In this document: positions 8,667-17,839 of the stretch, piece after piece
Numbering within the stretch: the stretch's first letter is position 1
Layout: the number at the start of each line of letters is the position of its first letter
IMG/VR virus record: IMGVR_UViG_3300033149_003588
Span: 1-64,000 of that record
Length of the DNA stretch: 64,000 nt
Strand: one strand, 5' to 3'
Source of the DNA: a virus
Notes under the pieces: generated by a model
Databases searched by the model: none
The model's input: only the letters and a program-made list of their open reading frames with translations
What the model was told of the DNA's origin: nothing
Program-made: the position numbers and the translations under genes

Positions 8667-8717
8667 TTAGATTTTGGTTAACTGATTCCCCACTCTCCAC
8701 ACAAATTGTTTCGCCAT
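8667..8717 (-). CDS. Leader mini-ORF variant (MAKQFVWRVGNQLTKI)
   Basis: SD GAAGGAGGCCT-ATG; its stop is the TAA of TAAGGAGG, a different frame from the other copies. Confidence 0.4.
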   Translation of the reverse strand: MAKQFVWRVGNQLTKI

Positions 8718-8832
8718 AGGCCTCCTTCATGTCTTAAATTTTATCACTATACTCACCACCCTTGTTTATTCATTCGCCTCCTTTCATGATTAAATAGTTT
8801 ACACCAATCATGCAGGGTATTGTCAATATATC

Positions 8833-9045
8833 TTAACCTTCTACACTCTCATTGAGTAACCTGCAGGTTCGATGTGCATCATATCTTGCCCCGTGCACCG
8901 GATCACCAGGATCATCGGTATTGTGTGGATATTCGGGAAACACACAATAAACACTATGAGCAGCATCTCTCATCACGATTACATACGCATTGGGATATGC
9001 TTTTCTCCGAGACACGAAGAAGAAGTCATTGTGTTTCTTAGCCAC
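8833..9045 (-). CDS. Hypothetical protein
   Basis: GTG at 9045 after GAAGGAGGTGATAAA. Confidence 0.65.
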   Translation of the reverse strand: MAKKHNDFFFVSRRKAYPNAYVIVMRDAAHSVYCVFPEYPHNTDDPGDPVHGARYDAHRTCRLLNESVEG

Positions 9046-9234
9046 TTTATCACCTCCTTCATGTTTAAGGTTAAGTCTACAGATAGGCACATTGGATATA
9101 TAAAGTAGTTATATAGGGAATACATGTATAGGTACGAAGTAATTATATAAGGAATACGACTTTCACATAGATCATAATAATCCTGGGATCTTGGGTAATT
9201 CCTCATATCATTATAAATACCTCCTACAAAATTA

Positions 9235-9261
9235 TGGGCAGTTTAACGTCATGCCCAGGAC
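9235..9261 (-). promoter_or_regulatory. Intergenic hairpin / possible H-type pseudoknot
   Basis: GTC-CTGGGCA-T-GAC-GTTAAAC-TGCCCA, giving interleaved stems GTC/GAC and TGGGCA/TGCCCA. Confidence 0.45.
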
Positions 9262-9293
9262 AGTTACTGTAGTACCTCCTTAGTCGATTGTTC

Positions 9294-9734
9294 TTAATCA
9301 GTATAAAAACGAAGATAAGGAAGGTACATACGGAGGTCTACCATAGAGTTATAGTATAGCACTTCTACCTTGTGATCAGCAAAGCCAAACCACTCAACTA
9401 GTTGCTTCCAGTCAGCAGCCATATGGGATAACTTGTCAATCCATTCTTCTGTAGTCATGTCGTTGGGACAACACATATGACCATTTCTGGCTGCATCTAG
9501 TATCATATCAAGACCCCTAGCAATCATGCAAGTCAGGTAGTACTCAAATACTTTAGCATCGTCATAACCGCAACCGTAACGTGCACGTGCCACGTAATTC
9601 GGTATACGCTTAACCACTCTGCTGATACGCTGGAAGAATTTTGCTATCTTAGCAGCGGGCCTGATAATACCTAAGATAACTATCTCTGCTATCACGGTAA
9701 ACGGGATAGAAGCGATTTTGGCAAGCATGTTCAT
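9294..9734 (-). CDS. Hypothetical protein
   Basis: 146 aa, SD GAAGGGGGTG. Confidence 0.75.
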   Translation of the reverse strand: MNMLAKIASIPFTVIAEIVILGIIRPAAKIAKFFQRISRVVKRIPNYVARARYGCGYDDAKVFEYYLTCMIARGLDMILDAARNGHMCCPNDMTTEEWIDKLSHMAADWKQLVEWFGFADHKVEVLYYNSMVDLRMYLPYLRFYTD

Positions 9735-9913
9735 TATTCACCCCCTTCGTTGCCGTTAGATTGTTAAATAACCTCCTTTCGTTTTTACCGGTTATCCTAA
9801 CAAGCGTGAATTTATATATATGAAACGCAGTCCAAGTGGCAATTCTTGGATGCGGATTGTTGTCAAATTATAAGTACGAAGTAATTATATAAGGAATACG
9901 ACTTTCACATAGA

Positions 9914-10147
9914 TCATAATAATCCTGGAATCTTAGGTAATTCCTCATATTGTATAGCGCGAATTAACTTTTCCTTAAGTATAGCAGCACCCTTTTGACG
10001 CGCTCTCCTCAAAACCCAATTAGGCGGGTTGGGATTTTCTGGCCCATCATAGAAACAATAGAGTTCGCCATCGTAGAAAAATGACCACTTACTCCACTCC
10101 ATTGCTACTCCACTCGGGCCCGCTTCTAATACCTTGATGTCTTCCAT
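9914..10147 (-). CDS. Hypothetical protein
   Basis: 77 aa, SD TAAGGAGTG. Confidence 0.7.
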   Translation of the reverse strand: MEDIKVLEAGPSGVAMEWSKWSFFYDGELYCFYDGPENPNPPNWVLRRARQKGAAILKEKLIRAIQYEELPKIPGLL

Positions 10148-10216
10148 GATACACTCCTTATAGAATTTGGGTAATTTATTATAGGTACGTGGCTACAGGG
10201 AATTATTTACTAGAGA

Positions 10217-11164
10217 CTATATATGGCGCAGTGCCATATCAGCTAGTATATCAATAGGAATACCAGCATTCTCCAGTAACTCTAGATCATCAGCCATGCA
10301 TGTACCAAATACTCCGGCATCATCAGTACCAACAAGAATATCTATACCATGATCCAGAAATCTGTGTACATGATTCATATCCTCGATACTATTGAGAAGC
10401 ACATTGCTAACAGGACATACCTCGATAGCTATGCTGTTACCAGCAATGGCATCAAGAATGTCACGCGTAGCCTGTGTATTAATAGTACCCAGAACTAAGC
10501 CATGGCCAATACGATCAACGATATCTACGAGATACCAGAAATCCTGTATATATTTATCTAGCGGGATATCACATTCCTCACCCTGATGATAAAATATCAT
10601 CATCCCTCTCTCCTTCGCTAGAGCAAGCTGTTTTACCACTTTCTCCAATGGAAGTTGTACTGAGGCCCAGTCTACTGCATAGAAACCAGCATTAGCAGCA
10701 ATATCGAGCATGCTAGCAACCAGGTCATCACGATCTACAAACCTACTCCTGGATATCAAGAGTACAGGTCTGATTAGCATACTGGTTACATCACTACACC
10801 TTCTCACTGCTTTATAAAGATGACGTTCAACAGCCGAATACCAGCCATTGATATCGTCGTCCTTAGGAGGAGATGGTGGCGTAATACGGAGATCTGCTAT
10901 CCGTATACCCTGCTTAATCCACCAATCAACCACGCCCTCTAGTGCAGCATCGAAATGGTCTGCCTTATCAGCTATGCTAAAATATTGAGCATAAACTGAC
11001 AAGAAGCTACCGAGATCAACCACACTACTAACAGCTGTATCTATCTGGTCAACTAGAATATCAGTCAGCCTCGCGATAATTTCAGCCGGAGTAGTGCCAC
11101 CGAGATGAGCATGGAAGTCATAGGGATAAAGCTTGGTCGCCTCTCTCTGGAGTGGCTCTTTCAT
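10217..11164 (-). CDS. Adenosine deaminase family amidohydrolase
   Basis: DFHAHLGG, HQGE, RIGHG, EVCPVSN and GTDD catalytic motifs all intact. Confidence 0.9.
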   Translation of the reverse strand: MKEPLQREATKLYPYDFHAHLGGTTPAEIIARLTDILVDQIDTAVSSVVDLGSFLSVYAQYFSIADKADHFDAALEGVVDWWIKQGIRIADLRITPPSPPKDDDINGWYSAVERHLYKAVRRCSDVTSMLIRPVLLISRSRFVDRDDLVASMLDIAANAGFYAVDWASVQLPLEKVVKQLALAKERGMMIFYHQGEECDIPLDKYIQDFWYLVDIVDRIGHGLVLGTINTQATRDILDAIAGNSIAIEVCPVSNVLLNSIEDMNHVHRFLDHGIDILVGTDDAGVFGTCMADDLELLENAGIPIDILADMALRHI

Positions 11165-11321
11165 TATTCACCCCCTTCATGTTTAGGGTTAGGTCTACAG
11201 ACAGGCACATTGGATATGTGAGGTAGTTATATAGAGAATACATGTATAATTCGAGAAAAATCTTCTTTGGATGGAGCATGCTACACTATGGAATACGTCT
11301 ATTGCTTTACTATTTCTTACC

Positions 11322-11410
11322 TTCCTGTTATCCTGGTACCTCCCTGTTATTTTTTTATTCCTGTTATCCTGGTACCTCCCTGTTATTTTTTTATTCCTGT
11401 TATCCTGGTA
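11322..11410. repeat. 36-bp tandem repeat, about 2.5 copies, in the non-coding junction
   Basis: Units start at 11322, 11358 and 11394; CCTGTTAT occurs 5 times. Confidence 0.9.
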
Positions 11411-11779
11411 TTATATTTTAATATATACCCCTTTTTCTATCTCTTTTTTTTCTTCCTTTATACTTTATAAAAAAATATGTACTCATGTTTCCTCTATCAT
11501 TTCAATCTAAATACTACCTAACATACTTTTCTCTTTCCCCACGTCCATAAAAACACACCCTAGCGGGATGGGAAGAAGCCCCACTCGTCCCCACTGAGGT
11601 AAATATTGTCCCCACTTATAATTATGTACGATATCAGATAATTCTAAGAAAAATAGAAAATTTAAAGATAGGTAGAATTAAATTAGATTATAATATAGGT
11701 ATGTTTAATAGGTAAGAGAATTACTTATCTGGAATACGAGGGATCGTTCCAAATATAATTTAATGAATATCGATTATTT

Positions 11780-12031
11780 TTATTTATCATATACAAACAT
11801 ACAATTATCTCCGAATTCCCATTTTATATGGTCCTTCTCTAACTCTGGATATAATATACGAAGTTTGATCCAAAATAGATAATCCAGGTATTCTGCTTCA
11901 CATGCACACTTGGCAGCCTTATTATATCCAAATGGAAGAGCAGCATATACTTTCATTAAACGTCTATACGCATTACTCTCTAATTTAATCTTTATGATTT
12001 CTTGTGGGACATCATATCTCTTTTTATTCAT
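11780..12031 (-). CDS. Hypothetical protein
   Basis: 83 aa, SD AAGGAG. Confidence 0.65.
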   Translation of the reverse strand: MNKKRYDVPQEIIKIKLESNAYRRLMKVYAALPFGYNKAAKCACEAEYLDYLFWIKLRILYPELEKDHIKWEFGDNCMFVYDK

Positions 12032-12078
12032 TTTATACTCCCTTAATATAATCCTACGCTGATATTACTATATCCAAA

Positions 12079-12294
12079 TCAGCAACTATCTGGTGGAAAC
12101 ATAATATCAGCATCATAACTAAGCAACTGTTGATTTTCATTATCTACTGGAATATATAGATTTTTAAAAGCCCAATCCTCACACAAGTATTGCCTTCCAT
12201 TAATACTAGTAATGAGCCACCCATTAATAATTCCTTCATAATTAGTTACTCTTATAGCATCTACTATCGTCGATTCCCTGCGAAATTTAGCCAT
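12079..12294 (-). CDS. Small conserved-type phage protein (resembles the PGDYG-like family)
   Basis: MAKFRR...VDAI...WLITSINGRQYLC...FKNLY pattern. Confidence 0.6.
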   Translation of the reverse strand: MAKFRRESTIVDAIRVTNYEGIINGWLITSINGRQYLCEDWAFKNLYIPVDNENQQLLSYDADIMFPPDSC

Positions 12295-12308
12295 AATATA
12301 TACCTCCC

Positions 12309-12887
12309 TTATTTTATTCCTTTTTTCTTAAGATAAATATTAACCAATGCTAAAAATGTTGTTATATCTTCTTCGGATTCTAATATACTTGGCATTTGCG
12401 GGTGTCTTAATGCCCACCTTATGCCGCGATCTATCCAATACGAATTCGGTTTTATACCCCACAATCCTCGTCTATGTCGTCTAGCCTTAACTTCTGCCTT
12501 GACTAGATTCAACATTATAGAATCATTATATGAATATTTTACATATGCATATGCATAACCATCAGAAATGATCTTTTCATTGTATAGCTTTCCATCTATA
12601 TAAACATATCCTAATAGTCTGCCAAAAACATCAAGCGAATCATCTGCTAGCTGCAGATCTATAATTTTGCCTTCTAATGCATTCTGAGTATATCGATATG
12701 CTTCTTGACCATAATACTGAACGTCTTTTCTTGGGTCTTTAGTCTCTGGGGTATCAACACCTACAAGTCTTACTCTTTTTTTATCGTCAAGTATAAAGGT
12801 GTCACCATCTATAACTCTTACCACAGTTACCATACGTCCTAATGTTATTATAACAAATAGAAAAAATATTACCATAAATCTATTCAT
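12309..12887 (-). CDS. Thermonuclease (SNase-like) with an N-terminal hydrophobic anchor
   Basis: VIDGDT, VRLVGVDTPE, DVFGRLLGYVY and RGLW motifs. Confidence 0.93.
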   Translation of the reverse strand: MNRFMVIFFLFVIITLGRMVTVVRVIDGDTFILDDKKRVRLVGVDTPETKDPRKDVQYYGQEAYRYTQNALEGKIIDLQLADDSLDVFGRLLGYVYIDGKLYNEKIISDGYAYAYVKYSYNDSIMLNLVKAEVKARRHRRGLWGIKPNSYWIDRGIRWALRHPQMPSILESEEDITTFLALVNIYLKKKGIK

Positions 12888-12959
12888 AATACCTCCAGGC
12901 CAATATTACTATGAGTAATCTACGTGTTATCATGGTATCACCCAAATAATATATGCATG

Positions 12960-13490
12960 TTATTCTTGTACTTCCTCAATAGGCACTAATATAAGTGCTA
13001 TATAATTTTTAGATAAGAGGTTTTTAATTAATTTCTCGGCCCCACGTGTGTAAAATGGAGCATCATAACAAACGATTTTATTAATACCCACATGTAACAA
13101 CTCTAATATGCATTCTTTACATGGCGGGCCACAACTGCAATATAATGTGCCCCCCCTAACCGACACACCCATATCGATAGCATTCAGTATGGCAGCACGC
13201 TCGGCATGTACAGCCCAACACATATCTATTTTCTTACCATGACTATCTTTATTATCACGATAGCGCGGACAAACACTACTTCTTCTGAATCTGCCAGATA
13301 GTATTTGACCATCATCTGACCTATAACTACAATCTGGTAATGGTAATGGCGGACCATTGTATCCACTCGATATTATTTTGCCATTTTTAACAATGATAGC
13401 ACCTATATGACGCGATAAACATCTACTGTTCTGAGATATGGCCCTTGCAATCTGTAAATATGTAATATCTTGTTTTGTATACTTTGCCAT
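12960..13490 (-). CDS. dCMP deaminase family protein
   Basis: SRCLSRHIGA, GYNG, HAE and PCKEC motifs. Confidence 0.92.
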   Translation of the reverse strand: MAKYTKQDITYLQIARAISQNSRCLSRHIGAIIVKNGKIISSGYNGPPLPLPDCSYRSDDGQILSGRFRRSSVCPRYRDNKDSHGKKIDMCWAVHAERAAILNAIDMGVSVRGGTLYCSCGPPCKECILELLHVGINKIVCYDAPFYTRGAEKLIKNLLSKNYIALILVPIEEVQE

Positions 13491-13494
13491 CGAC

Positions 13495-14361
13495 CTACTC
13501 CTCTATTATATAATTAGCATGCTTATATAATTCACTATGATTACATATCCATTCTCTTAGTTCTGCTAACATCGTTGAATATGACGACACTACGTATTTC
13601 AATAATTTCCTGGTATCTACCATACTCTTATCACACACGGGCACAGCAACTGACTTAATATCCACATTCATCTTATTAAATGTATGCTGGATTATCCTTA
13701 ATAAATCGTCCTTACGTATAGTGAATGGAGATACCAGATGATATAATCCAGTAATATCCGGTTGCTGTATAAACTTATCTATGCATTTGGCCAACTCAAG
13801 TGTTGTAATCCCAGTCCATAATGCATTATGATATCCAGTTACAGTAGACTGTTGTTTCATAAACCAATGAAATAAACCAGTACCATTTTTCTTAAGTTCC
13901 GGCCCTATTATAGATAGTCTAAGGGTTAGATCTTTGTTATTTATAACTTCACCCAGGGCTTTAGTTTTGCCATACCAATCATCGGCATTGGGTATATCTT
14001 GTTCATCATAATATCCGCGAGACCCATTCCAAATACAGTCTGTCGAGAGATGTATAAGTTTTATTTCTGTATCGCTTAATATTTCTTCTAAAAGATGAGG
14101 GAAAAATGAATTAACATATACTGCCCTTGCACGCTGCTGTTCTGCTGCACCAGTGAGTACCCCAATACAGTTAATAACAATCATAGGTGATTCAGATAAT
14201 ATTGCCTGCCCGATCTCCTTTTTCGATGCTTCTTCAATATCCATAACAATATCAGCATTGTTGCGCGCTAGAGTTATTATATCATAACTAGTTTCCTCCT
14301 TTAAATACATACTAATCATATGTCCAGCCATACCATTTGATCCTAATACTAATATCTTCAT
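13495..14361 (-). CDS. rmlD: dTDP-4-dehydrorhamnose reductase-like SDR
   Basis: GSNGMAG, HLSTDC and YGKTKALGE motifs. Confidence 0.8.
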   Translation of the reverse strand: MKILVLGSNGMAGHMISMYLKEETSYDIITLARNNADIVMDIEEASKKEIGQAILSESPMIVINCIGVLTGAAEQQRARAVYVNSFFPHLLEEILSDTEIKLIHLSTDCIWNGSRGYYDEQDIPNADDWYGKTKALGEVINNKDLTLRLSIIGPELKKNGTGLFHWFMKQQSTVTGYHNALWTGITTLELAKCIDKFIQQPDITGLYHLVSPFTIRKDDLLRIIQHTFNKMNVDIKSVAVPVCDKSMVDTRKLLKYVVSSYSTMLAELREWICNHSELYKHANYIIEE

Positions 14362-15299
14362 CTTATACCCACCTCTGATAAATGTTTAAAGTTAATATAA
14401 TTACTGGCTAGTGGATTTTTTAATCTCGTGCTCTCTAGTAATTCCTTCAATTCTTTAATTCCCTCATCCATAGTTATATGCGGACAAAATCCCAAATCTT
14501 TTTTAGCCTTACTACTAGATACTCTATAATTACGGTTATCCTCAAACTTAGTATTAGTTATAATCATCTCTAGATCATGATAATATGTTGCTATCAGATC
14601 ACCTAATTCTCTGATAGTAACATTATTCGAGTGTATATTATATATCCCAGTCATATTAGATTTTATACTATTAATAATAGTCCTGGCTACATCTCTAACA
14701 TGTATCAATGGACGATATTGACGCCCGCCAAATATATGTATCTTATTATATATTGATGCGTGCATAACTAGTGTATTAAGTACAAGGTCTGCCCTAATCC
14801 TTGCAAACTGATCACTAATCCCGAATAATGTCCCAAGTCTGAATATTAGTGAATTTGGATACTCTGATAATATTTCTTCAGCCCATAATTTCGTCTGAGC
14901 ATAATGAGATAATGGATTCACTTCTGATTTCTCATCTAACAGAGTATTAGATGCACCATATACAGAACAACTACTTATAAATATTATTCTACCATTAAAA
15001 TTATTGATTAACCATTGTATGGTGTCTGTATTAATCTCTTTAGCAATATCTTTATTTAATGCACAGGCCTGATCACCAACTAGAGCTGCTAACCATATAA
15101 CTACGTCAGCCCATTCTAAATATTTATGCATTTTGTTAGTATCTCTAATATCACCATATATAAATGGCACAGCCTTTCTATAGTCTCTCTCATATACAAG
15201 ACTATCATATACTAGTATATCATGATCCGATGAACCTGCCAGTAAATCCGTAACAGCACCGCCTAAATATCCCGCTCCACCTGTTATAAGAATATTCAT
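14358..15299 (-). CDS. NAD-dependent nucleotide-sugar epimerase/dehydratase
   Basis: ITGGAGYLG, SSCSVYG and YAQTK (YxxxK) motifs. Confidence 0.9.
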   Translation of the reverse strand: MNILITGGAGYLGGAVTDLLAGSSDHDILVYDSLVYERDYRKAVPFIYGDIRDTNKMHKYLEWADVVIWLAALVGDQACALNKDIAKEINTDTIQWLINNFNGRIIFISSCSVYGASNTLLDEKSEVNPLSHYAQTKLWAEEILSEYPNSLIFRLGTLFGISDQFARIRADLVLNTLVMHASIYNKIHIFGGRQYRPLIHVRDVARTIINSIKSNMTGIYNIHSNNVTIRELGDLIATYYHDLEMIITNTKFEDNRNYRVSSSKAKKDLGFCPHITMDEGIKELKELLESTRLKNPLASNYINFKHLSEVGIR

Positions 15300-15592
15300 A
15301 ATATGCATCCTTTCTTAACTATGGAACAAACAAATAAAATAGTCCACATTATGCCCATTAATATATTTGATACAGCTATCCAGGGCATTTTTATTAAAAA
15401 GAATACTATTGCTACTGTAAACACTCCTGCTGCCATTAATGATGATGTAATCGGATTCGTATCTCTACGCCCTCTGATTGAATCTATAACCTGTGGTATT
15501 AATATCACTGCAAATAAAAACCCTATAATAGCTACAATTACATCTGCAAGATCTCTGGACACTATCTCTCCTTTATCTCCCAGCAATCCCAT
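15296..15592 (-). CDS. PQ-loop / SemiSWEET-like small transporter
   Basis: Three hydrophobic helices with LIPQ after the first. Confidence 0.65.
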   Translation of the reverse strand: MGLLGDKGEIVSRDLADVIVAIIGFLFAVILIPQVIDSIRGRRDTNPITSSLMAAGVFTVAIVFFLIKMPWIAVSNILMGIMWTILFVCSIVKKGCIL

Positions 15593-16002
15593 TTATCTTT
15601 AGACCACCTGTAATCATCGTCCTTACTTTCTTTAAGTGTACATGTCGAGAAGAATATGAGCTTAGTATCTACTGTCAAAGTTTTAAATCCATTAGCGTAT
15701 CCTGGTGGTATATATAATATAGCTGGCTTTTTAGATGACAGTATGTATATATCTGGTACTATATAACTAGGATCATCAAAATCATCTATCTTAACTATAC
15801 CAATCATTGCGACACCGTCCACAACCATAACATATTTAGCCTCATTCTTATGTCCGTGCCATGCTCGCACGAATCCAACTTGATGATTGGTAACTGTATA
15901 AAATCTTTTTATGGGTGACATGTTGAAATCATTAACAAATCCCAACTCCCCCCTACCATCTACGAACAGGCTGCCCTCAATTAGTTTTGGATTATCGTCC
16001 AT
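15562..16002 (-). CDS. rmlC: RmlC-like cupin (nucleotide-sugar 3,5-epimerase)
   Basis: FVDGRG, VRAWHGH and YIPPGYANGF motifs; probable ATG at 16002. Confidence 0.8.
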   Translation of the reverse strand: MDDNPKLIEGSLFVDGRGELGFVNDFNMSPIKRFYTVTNHQVGFVRAWHGHKNEAKYVMVVDGVAMIGIVKIDDFDDPSYIVPDIYILSSKKPAILYIPPGYANGFKTLTVDTKLIFFSTCTLKESKDDDYRWSKDKWDCWEIKER

Positions 16003-16127
16003 TGTTATACCCCATTCACCAGTGTAATTCACTTTAAACATCAAATATCTAGCAATCCTCTCATTTGTATCGGAAAATTTGCGTTTTTTAAATACCATAC
16101 GTTATTCTATTGCATAATAGAATAGCT

Positions 16128-17819
16128 CTAATCATTATAAATATATCGTATAATATTAGAAATAGTATTGTTCATTTGATTATAATTCTTATCTGTCACA
16201 AATGCTTCAAATTCATGGGACTTCTTGAAATCCTCGTGCCAACGAAAACCTATGATATCCTCAGATATAGAAGAAAGGACATCAATATTATCATCATACA
16301 TCATATCCTCCAGGCGGTCATGCTGATCGAGATAGCAAACACTATTGATTGGAATTTGTATTGAATTTAATTCCTTAAATTGTTGCTGGATATAGTTATT
16401 ATCTGGGAAATGTTTATCAAGAATCACAGCACCAGTATTTTGGTGTTTTTGAGGATCCAATCCCCTCACCACAAGGGTATAAATGTGTGCAAAAAATGGA
16501 GACAGTCCAGATGACATAAGAAACCCAACCATATTTTTACGTGCATTTGTTTTTTGATCTCTATACCTGCATAGCCCTATATCAATACCCTTATTGATAT
16601 CTTTATTAATGGATAAATTTTCTATCGAATTTACATACAATATATCCATATCTGACCACACACCCCCTGTTGTTGCAAGCACTATCCACCTTATTATATC
16701 AGATTTTATATTCTCAGGAATATTGTTAGAAAGACGATAAGCAGTCATGTCATGTTGCTTTATCTCTACACCAAGATCTAATAGTCTTTCTCGATAATCT
16801 AGCTCTAAACAAGTCGATGAATCACAGTGTAATGATGCGTTTTCATCAATATATGGAAATTTAGGGCAATGGAATACCATCCTCCAGTCAGGATTATACT
16901 TTCTAAAGGAACACAAAGTAAGGTACCTAAGAAATGACAATTTTGCTCCACCCCAATAAAAATGAGCAATCCTAGGAATTTTAGCAAGTCTCCAATTTCC
17001 ATATGGTATTTTATTGCTATTACGTAAAGTATCAATTAGGGGTATTACACTTTCTATCTGTCCCCAATTTTTCTCGGTATTTCTTTCAATTTGATCAATC
17101 CTCTCATCTAGCAATGACATATTGTACAACCATTTCATCTTAACATCAGGATCATGATAATGTAGTCTGGGATGATATAAATGAACAGCTAAACTATCTG
17201 TGTCTACAAAGTGACACCCATATCTTTCTAGCCTTTGTATTATATCGCGATCCTCGGCTGCAAAACCTATAAAATCCTCATCATATCCACCCACAGCCAA
17301 AAATGCATCTTTATGCATGGCCATTAAAAAAGGAAGTCTATTATTAAGGGGCGGTAACTCATGGGCCAATTCTTTCAACTGCTGAATTTGATCAACTCCT
17401 AGAGAAATGACAGATTTTAAAAAGTCCCCCGATCGATCATCTCTACCAGTAGGACTTACTAATGCCATATGATCATGTTCTACAACATCAGCGAGTGTAT
17501 CTATTACATTATCTAGGTGATACATCTCAGCGCAAGACAATATAATGATATCACCTGTCGCTTGCTTTACACCGATATTTAGAGCAAATCCGGGCATACG
17601 AAGCATGTCTTTACCCTGTAAATTACGTTGTCCAGTGAATATATATTTAATATTTAGTTTTTGCGCATATCTCTTTGTTATATTTTCAGTCTCGTCCTCT
17701 ATGCCATCATTTAAAACTATAATTTCATATGGATGTGTTATACCATGTTTATATATAGACTCCAATCCTAGATTTAAAAGCTGAGAACGTTTATAAGAGG
17801 TTATAATAATTGATATCAT
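16128..17819 (-). CDS. Two-domain glycosyltransferase (GT2 + GT32-like DxD domain)
   Basis: ISIIITSYKR...NDG...GGYDEDF...ED, then KIPRIAHFYW...SDIIRW...GGVWSDMD. Confidence 0.88.
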   Translation of the reverse strand: MISIIITSYKRSQLLNLGLESIYKHGITHPYEIIVLNDGIEDETENITKRYAQKLNIKYIFTGQRNLQGKDMLRMPGFALNIGVKQATGDIIILSCAEMYHLDNVIDTLADVVEHDHMALVSPTGRDDRSGDFLKSVISLGVDQIQQLKELAHELPPLNNRLPFLMAMHKDAFLAVGGYDEDFIGFAAEDRDIIQRLERYGCHFVDTDSLAVHLYHPRLHYHDPDVKMKWLYNMSLLDERIDQIERNTEKNWGQIESVIPLIDTLRNSNKIPYGNWRLAKIPRIAHFYWGGAKLSFLRYLTLCSFRKYNPDWRMVFHCPKFPYIDENASLHCDSSTCLELDYRERLLDLGVEIKQHDMTAYRLSNNIPENIKSDIIRWIVLATTGGVWSDMDILYVNSIENLSINKDINKGIDIGLCRYRDQKTNARKNMVGFLMSSGLSPFFAHIYTLVVRGLDPQKHQNTGAVILDKHFPDNNYIQQQFKELNSIQIPINSVCYLDQHDRLEDMMYDDNIDVLSSISEDIIGFRWHEDFKKSHEFEAFVTDKNYNQMNNTISNIIRYIYND

Positions 17820-17839
17820 AATGTCACCCCATTTATGTC

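Noticed and set aside
8797-8827. Sigma70 promoter TTGACA...TAAACT on the minus strand
   Set aside because: The spacer is 19 nt and there is no proper extended -10; too weak to call.
8979-9206. 75-aa ORF in the mosaic segment
   Set aside because: It is built from duplicated non-coding and 3'-end fragments, overlaps 8833-9045, and the substitutions in the copied codons are synonymous in a different frame.
11322-11410. 36-bp repeats as a CRISPR array
   Set aside because: The units are directly adjacent with no unique spacers, and there are no cas genes in the window.
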